From NCBI RefSeq assembly GCF_009914755.1, contig NC_060925.1: DNA of 64,000 nucleotides; one strand, 5' to 3'. This DNA is from the human T2T-CHM13v2.0 reference genome, Homo sapiens. Position 1 is the stretch's first letter, and each line of letters starts with the position of its first letter. Positions 55,603-64,000 of the stretch are shown here, in pieces. Under the pieces are notes generated by a model. The model ran no database searches, was not told the origin of the DNA, and worked only from the letters and a program-made list of their open reading frames with translations. The position numbers and the translations under genes were made by a program.

Positions 55603-55784
55603 TAAAACTAGCCCCAGCCAGCCCAACTGGGAATTTACTGCCTGAGCTGTTTTCCAACATAAGTTTTGCTGGCAAAACCAGACGTGAGTGTTCCCTCGAC
55701 TCTAAAGGGACCTGTTTACACTGACTTTATTTTTACTGCCAGCTTTCAAGTTGGAAGAGGGAAATTACGTTTAAAGGTCAGCAG
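55603..55784 (+). other. MAB21L3: Candidate MAB21L3 non-coding exon
   Basis: T14-ctgtAG acceptor at 55601-02; donor CAG|GTGAGC at 55785, with an alternative donor GAC|GTGAGT at 55684. Confidence 0.55.
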
Positions 55785-55817
55785 GTGAGCAGAAGGATTC
55801 CTGACCAGCCATTCCTG

Positions 55818-55932
55818 TGGGTGTGTGCCCGTGTGCACTCTGTGTACGTGTGTGTGCCTGTGTATATGTGTGTGCCTGTGTGTACGTGTGTGCCTGTGTA
55901 TATGTGTGTGCCTGTGTGTACGTGTGTGCATG
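55818..55932. repeat. TG-rich minisatellite with alternating 18-bp units
   Basis: tgtgtgcctgtgtatatg / tgtgtgcctgtgtgtacg repeated. Confidence 0.85.
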
Positions 55933-56380
55933 CTTTTCTAAATGCCAACCGTTGTGCTCTGCGCTGGCTGACAAGACCTGATCACTTGTTTGCGGGCATA
56001 ATGATGGGTGTCAGGCTGGTTGTTGGGCAGTTTCCTATTTGTTTATTGTAAAGAAGGTAAATCAATCCGTGGGATTTTCTGGCTTGGAGAGCAAGGGGTG
56101 TTTACTGTCAACAGGATAAGGACCAGGAGATATAAGATACTGAGTTCCACGGTGCATCTAGTGTTGGGACAGGAGCATAAAAGGTGGGGAGAAGCCAACT
56201 ACAGGGTATTTCTGACTTGGATGGAACTTTTAAGTACTTGGGTGGGAAATACAATTTGGAAAATTGCTCTCTGGTGAAAGCACCAGTCAATGTAGCTAAC
56301 TAAGGTATGATTAGGTTGGACTCAAATTCAATTTTATCAACTCTTCTTTTTAAATTCTTTTTTTTTTAATTTCCCAAAAG

Positions 56381-56589
56381 ATGACAGATGGATTTTCACA
56401 ATTTGGAAATAAAAACATGAGTGAAGGGTTCGGAAGGCAAGTCTCTGGTCCATTACACACTTCCAGAAAAACTTAGTACCCAGAGACTCACATTACTGGG
56501 AGTGCTATCTACTCACAAGTGTTGCACTCCATTGAGAAAAAAAAAAAAACCAGGAAGTTGCTGTTCTACTGAGGACTGACCAAGAAGCC
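56381..56589 (+). other. MAB21L3: MAB21L3 5' UTR part of the first coding exon, with uORFs (56381-56476, 31 aa; 56388-56420, 10 aa) and an A13 run
   Basis: Polypyrimidine tract with aAG at 56379-80; uORFs translated by hand. Confidence 0.75.
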
Positions 56590-56637
56590 ATGAAATACCT
56601 TACTGTGGGAGACTTAGAAGATTGCCTACTGAATAAG
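56590..56637 (+). CDS. MAB21L3: MAB21L3 first coding exon: MKYLTVGDLEDCLLNK (Mab-21/cGAS-like nucleotidyltransferase-fold family); rest of the gene lies beyond the window
   Basis: gccATG context, 16 codons, strong donor AAG|gtaagg at 56638. Peptide matches the MAB21L3 N-terminus as I recall it, and MAB21L3 is the known downstream neighbour of SLC22A15. Confidence 0.9.
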
Positions 56638-56869
56638 GTAAGGACAGACCCGGTCTCTCCCATGAACCCCCTCCCCATTCACACTACTTCCAAACAAACC
56701 TTCGTCCAGAAAGGATCTCAGGCTCTTTCTAAAGACACATAAAATGCTCCTCAGAAAACAGACTGTCACCTATAACAATGTTTGGGGGCTTAACATATAT
56801 CAGCCTTACTTCTCTTTGAGGGTCTGGTACCCAGAGACATGCTGAGTATAGAATATAGAATGGAGAGTA

Positions 56870-57075
56870 GGAATCTGGGGAATGAGGGGGAACTCCAGCT
56901 CTGCCACTGACACTCGTGTGGTTGTGAGTCACTTAACCTGCCTGAGCCTTGGCCTTCTTCTCTGTAAAATGGGAATAATAATAGGAGCTTCATGGGGTAA
57001 TGGAAAAAGAGCTAATGAAATTAAAACAAAGCTTTTTAAAGACTGTGAAAGTACTAGGTTTTTAAATATTATTAT
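56870..57075 (+). mobile_element. MIR
   Basis: 'ccagctctgccactgac..gtcacttaacctgcctgagcct..tctgtaaaatgggaataataatag'. Confidence 0.8.
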
Positions 57076-58339
57076 ATTTTTAGTACACATCAGTTAAGAA
57101 CTTAATTTCTTCTAGATGGTCTAGATGGTCATGTCAAATGTTAGAACTTGAAGGAAACTTAAATATTACCTAGTTTAAGCCTTTTCATTTACGGATGAAG
57201 CTACTAAGGCATGATGTTAATGTTAAAACCAAAATATTTAAATTGACTAAGAAGTAGGCACTGGTCTGCAGTTTTCATGCCTTTACAAGTTCGAAAGAGA
57301 AGATCATTATCATAGTGATAAGTAAAATGTATTTCTTAGGCAAAACCATTAAGAGAGATAAATAAGGAAAACCTGGGATGATAAAAACTAGAGTAAACAA
57401 AGTGATTTCCCATTAATTCCTCCCTTTGAGGGCTCTAAGTGGAAGAGATATTGGCTGGCATTTTTTTCGTGGGTCCTGTATTTTTTGTAAGAAAAAACTC
57501 CAAACTTTTTAGTGTGGTGTTCAAGTAACTTCAACTGCTCTATCTTTCTACCCTCCGCTCCCCCTGCATTTCCAATAGCAGAAATCCTAAACAGTGTTCG
57601 ACACGTTGAATCCAGTGTGTGCTCATGTTTTGTTTGGCCTGTAGATTATTTCTAATGTTTTTCACAAACATTTCAAAATAGATTTTGCATAGAAATCCAG
57701 ATTTCTGTCTTTCCAGGGGAAAAAAATCAGAATATTTCGCAACTACAGGTCCCAGTTTCTTGCCTGGAAACTGTGTGCTGGGGCTGAGTGTTTGCTAGCC
57801 AGAGCACGTGCTGGCCAATTCTCAGGAGGCTGATCCTGTGTCTGACACTTGCTCCTGGTCCCCGCTGCCTCTCTCACGTGTGTCCCCTACTCCATTCCTG
57901 TAGGTGGTTGAGTCTCCCATTTCTGCCCAACAAGAACTGGGCCCTGAGCAGGCCAAGGGCCCCAGCTCCTCCTCGCCACTTTTCTGGCTCATATTCATCC
58001 TTCAAACTCAGAGTCCACTTTCTCAAGAAAGAGTCCCTGACACCCCAGCACAAAATGATTTTGCCCACATATTCACTCCCGTTATAATTAGTATTACTGG
58101 CACCATTTATTTGATCATGAGTTTGTATATTAACTCCTGACACTTTTCTATTATCATCTTGGTTGGCAACTTACATGTCATATCATTTCATTCTTTATAA
58201 GTTTCTGGAGGGAAGAACAGTGTCTTGCATACCTTTCTTTCCTTTGACATTCAGAGTATCTTGCACATATATGATCAGAAATATCTTTAGAGTTCGTTAA
58301 AGGCAAGAGTGGTGTGGAAGGCGACAGGTCAAGGTGCAT

Positions 58340-58520
58340 ACAGGATCTCATTTAACCTAATCAACAACTATGTGATGTACATATTGCCTCCATTTTTAGA
58401 GGAGGAAACAGAGGCTTGTGGAGATTAAATAACTTGTCCAAAGTTACACAGCTAAATTGAGAGGGTACTGAAGTTTCAGCCTTGTCTTCTTTACTCCAAA
58501 GGCCGAACGTCCTCTGCCAA
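58340..58520 (-). mobile_element. MIR
   Basis: 'ccatttttagaggaggaaacagaggct..aataacttgtccaaagttacacagcta'. Confidence 0.8.
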
Positions 58521-58974
58521 ACTCCTCTATATCTCTGCAAACACATACTAAGCACCTGCTTTGTGCAAAATACTGTGCTACGGTTTGAGGGTAGACCAAG
58601 GCCTGAGATGTGGCCTGCTAAATGAAAGAGAAATTTTGGTTTTGGTCTCTAGGATAGCCCTGTCCCATCTGCAGATTTTGTACATAACCCCAAAGGAAGA
58701 AGGAGGGAATTTCACATGCAGTCAGGCAAGTGCTTAATAGAATGCATGGTAGACCGTAAGGGATGCAGTAGAGATTTCAACAGATTGCTGGAGGAGCACG
58801 GTGCATTAGTTGTGATGGGAAAGGTGTCTTACAGAAAGAAGAGTAGAGACAAAGCCTTGGAGGAAGTGTAGGGTTTTAATAAGTGGAGAAGTATAGGAAA
58901 GGTCTTCCAGGCTAAGGGAACCCCGTTCAAACATTCAAGGTGTATTTCATTCCCAGTCACCTTTTTCTTTTGGG

Positions 58975-59205
58975 GAGCAGAACAGGGCAGTGGTTACAAA
59001 TATGGGCTTTGGAAGGCTGCTACCTGTGTTCTGTAACTTACTAACTTTGGGAACCTGGGCAAATTACTTAAATATTCTGAACTTTGGTTTCCTCATCTAT
59101 AAAATGGGGATAATCATAGCATCCACCTTAAAGAATGATGGGTAGGCAGGAATGAGCCTACTCTTATAAAATGCCTTGCACACAGGAAGGACTAAATAAT
59201 CTTAG
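58975..59205 (+). mobile_element. MIR
   Basis: 'ctgggcaaattacttaa..tttcctcatctataaaatggggataatcatag'. Confidence 0.8.
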
Positions 59206-61127
59206 TTTCACGGTAATGCTGCTGCTACAGCTTCTGCTACATTTGGGGGCTGCAAATATTCTGCGTGACCCAAGCATTTGATTCATGGAAGAATTAGTCT
59301 ACAAAGGAAGGGATATGATGGTGGAAAGCCTATGGTCTCGTGCGTATCTATCACTGGATTTAACTTTCCATTTCTTTACATTATTAGCCCCTGAAAGACA
59401 GAGATGATGCCAGTTTTTGTTTTGTTGAAATTTTTCTAACTGATGATTGGATTTCATGCAATTCTGGAATTAAAGGTCTGACTTCTTGTTTTCTGGAAGG
59501 AAGTCCTCAGCCTTTTCTTCTCAGTAACACTCATTGGGAATGACATACACATAGTCTGCATGGTCATGGGTGTGATCAGGCCTGTGTGACATTCCTGGCA
59601 TGCTACTTAGCACCACCACTCTGTCTCCATTGCAAGGAAGCGTATCGGAATGCAAGTGAGTCAGAGTGATATTATTATAGGGGATAACCTTAAATCCCCA
59701 TAATTTATATTTGAAGCAGTAAATTATTCATGAACTTGAGCTATTAATAGCAGCAAATGACTTGTGGGGCAACAATGAACCTGATGCTGTGGTTAAGGAG
59801 GAGGAGGGGAAAGCAGCCCAAGATGGGACAAGGACCTTGACAGCATGGAGACATGCCTGGGAAGAGCAAGGCCCAAACAACATTTGTTTCCATGTTTTGC
59901 CATGAACTAAGTTTGGTGACAAGGTTGCCTCAAGGCTGCCTTGAAGCTGCAACTGGTATCTTGCTGGCTTCCTAAAGTTTGAGAGGCAGTAAAGGATTTC
60001 CAGGGTTGGGCTTGCAATGGGTGTCTACTTGTGTTAGAGCCTCCTTCTTTAGATCACTGTACAGCTGCCCCAACCCCACTGCCTGCTTTTCCACACCCTG
60101 AAATGAACTTCTTGCTGTATCTGTCTAGGGTGTGGCCAGAATAAGTGGAGAGAAACAGTCTGGGGGTTCTGTGTTGTCACACCATGAGGGTGACAAGAGG
60201 TGTCTGGCACTAAGCCTGGAAACCCCCAGCACAAATCACTTCTGGGGCTACCAAATAGCACGGTGATGCTGTGTGGGTAAGAACTTATTGCAGGAAGTGT
60301 AGCCAGAGATGTGGGGAGGGACAAGGCTGCCCGCCACCTAGAGAAAGAGGCTTCTGCTCAGGTCCCACAGCAGGAGCATCACTGTCTGGCCCTTGCTGCA
60401 TGACCCTTTGTGCTTGTTAGATGCCAGAACAGTTGCTGATGCCTAAATACATGGAGACCTAGGACTCCTTATTTCATGAGTCTTGACTTTAAATTGAAGG
60501 CATTTTTAGGTTCAGGAAGAGGATAAAGGGTAGGCCGTACTTCTGGTACATCAGTACTTAAGGGTGTGGCAAAGTGTGATGGAAAGAAGTGTTGGAGAGC
60601 CTGTCTAATTCTACATCTAACTGCCGGTGTGATGTTAGGAAAGCTGCCTTGTCACTCTGGTCCTCCATAAAGTCACACCAGACGAGGCAATTTCTGAGGT
60701 CTCTTCCATTTCTAAGATCCTGAATCTAAGTTGCAGCAGAAGTGATGGAGGAAGAAAATTAAAACTGGAATTTGTGGTTCTAGGTCTCAAAAAGCATTAT
60801 CTTATTCTGACTTTCACCTTTGGTAATCAAAACAGGTCATAAGGGTGAACTAATAACCTGTGTAACAAGTGAGAGATTATAGTTGTTTTCCAGGAGTGCG
60901 TGATCTTGTCCTGCTCGGTAAGAATTTCACCATCAAATGAGGGCACAATTTGTAGAATAGATTTACAATGAAGTACTTTTTCCAATAGGCTACTCTTCAC
61001 GTGTGTTATGTGCATACATACACACATGTACATACATACACACATGCACACACACTCTTAAGCTTCTATTTAAAAATGATTTGATGGTGATGAATTTTTC
61101 ATTAGTTTATTAACTCAGGAATCAAAA

Positions 61128-61128
61128 T

Positions 61129-61170
<42 letters not shown>
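61128..61170. repeat. (TA)n microsatellite; an imperfect (CA)n also lies at ~61012-61055
   Basis: Read directly from the sequence. Confidence 0.9.
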
Positions 61171-61499
61171 AGTCACTGCTATGTTACTAACATTCAAGTT
61201 CTATGGAATTACATCCGTGGGGCTGGCAGATTCAGGAGGCTAGTCTTGGCCTTCAACACGTTCTGAGAACTTAACTATTAGAGAATACTATTTCTCAACC
61301 ACTCTGCCTGCAATGTTCTATCTAATTAACACTTTTATTACTTTTCTCCACTGTACCTGCTCAGACTTCAGGTCCCTGAAGTGGCCTAATGTTCCCTATT
61401 CTACCACTAGCTTTATCCGTTCTTTATTCCGGCTGGAAGATATAGCCCACTGCTGAAACCCTCTGTTGCTTTTTTATCTTTATCCATCTCTTGCCCAGC

Positions 61500-63275
<1,776 letters not shown>

Positions 63276-64000
63276 AACTGACCCTATATGTGATATACAA
63301 CGTGTCTAACAATAGGTGCACAGTCACATTCTTATACTATGAACATATGAAGTTGGCTTGCTGGTTGATGAGAAGTATGAGTGAGGTCTCAGGTGACTGG
63401 CCTAGTTGATGACTTAGTTTAGGAAAACAGGAATCTCTTTGACTTGGACTTTTTTTTTCTGGCTGTCGTGATCAGTTTATGGGTGTCTCAAAATGACTCT
63501 AGAATATGTAGAAACAGCCATTATACCAAATTCAGAGAGAGTATAAAGATTCATAGATGGGCATTAGATTGAGATGTATCAGATATTGCTTGAAACTGGC
63601 CCCTGGCTGAAGGAGCCTCTGAAGGAGAGTCTTGCTGTCATGACAGCAGCTTGTAGGTGCCTCCTGAGCAAGATGACAAAGTGCCCCCTCCATTTCAGAA
63701 AAAACTTGCAGACCCTTCCGTATCTTATTTGGATTTTTCTGTGTCTCTTCTGGAGTTTACTAAAAGTTCCTTTGTGTTTCCCACAAACATCTATTTCCCT
63801 AAACTTTAAGTATCTGATTAGTGTTGAGTTTTCTATGAGAATTTCCCAATTCTTCATAACTCACTGTGGTAACTTTCTGTCAGCAGAAACATGCCTTTTC
63901 TTAAGGGTCTAGAAGCAAAAGGCAGGGGTGAGTACGGAGGCAAAGAGAACCATCATTTACTGATGACATCAGTGGGAAGCAGGCTGCTGGGTGCTGATAC

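Noticed and set aside
55746-56051. ORFs with periodic HTYTQA / VPVYMC repeats
   Set aside because: Translations of the TG-rich minisatellite, which lies in a probable intron.
60328-60346. CTCF-like 'cccgccacctagaga'
   Set aside because: Only a partial match to the core motif; cannot be supported without ChIP data.

Overview
Primate (very likely human, chr1p13.1) genomic DNA, more than half of it interspersed repeat. The + strand carries the last four coding exons and long 3' UTR of the SLC22-family transporter SLC22A15 (6735-~14030), then ~41 kb of repeat-rich intergenic DNA, then the probable promoter, non-coding exons and first coding exon of MAB21L3 (ATG at 56590, MKYLTVGDLEDCLLNK; this exon is too short to appear in the ORF track). 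The only long ORF (5-1822) is the RT/C-terminal half of a LINE-1 ORF2; nearly all other ORFs in the track are Alu, L1 or microsatellite artefacts. I found no evidence for a wholly new multi-gene system. The best leads are: (1) the MAB21L3 5' UTR looks like a decayed N-terminal coding extension that now survives as uORFs; (2) a near-canonical FFAT (VAP-binding) motif and a YxxL motif in the SLC22A15 tail; (3) an L1PA8-type 3' transduction of ~240 bp with its own poly(A) signal, tail and target-site duplication (TSD), possibly with a tiny twin-priming inversion; (4) a TSD-flanked full-length ancient L1PB; (5) a ~340-bp polypyrimidine tract shown by a 16-bp TSD to be an expanded Alu tail. Gene identities come from recognising the translated peptides. 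Repeat subfamily calls are by eye and approximate.
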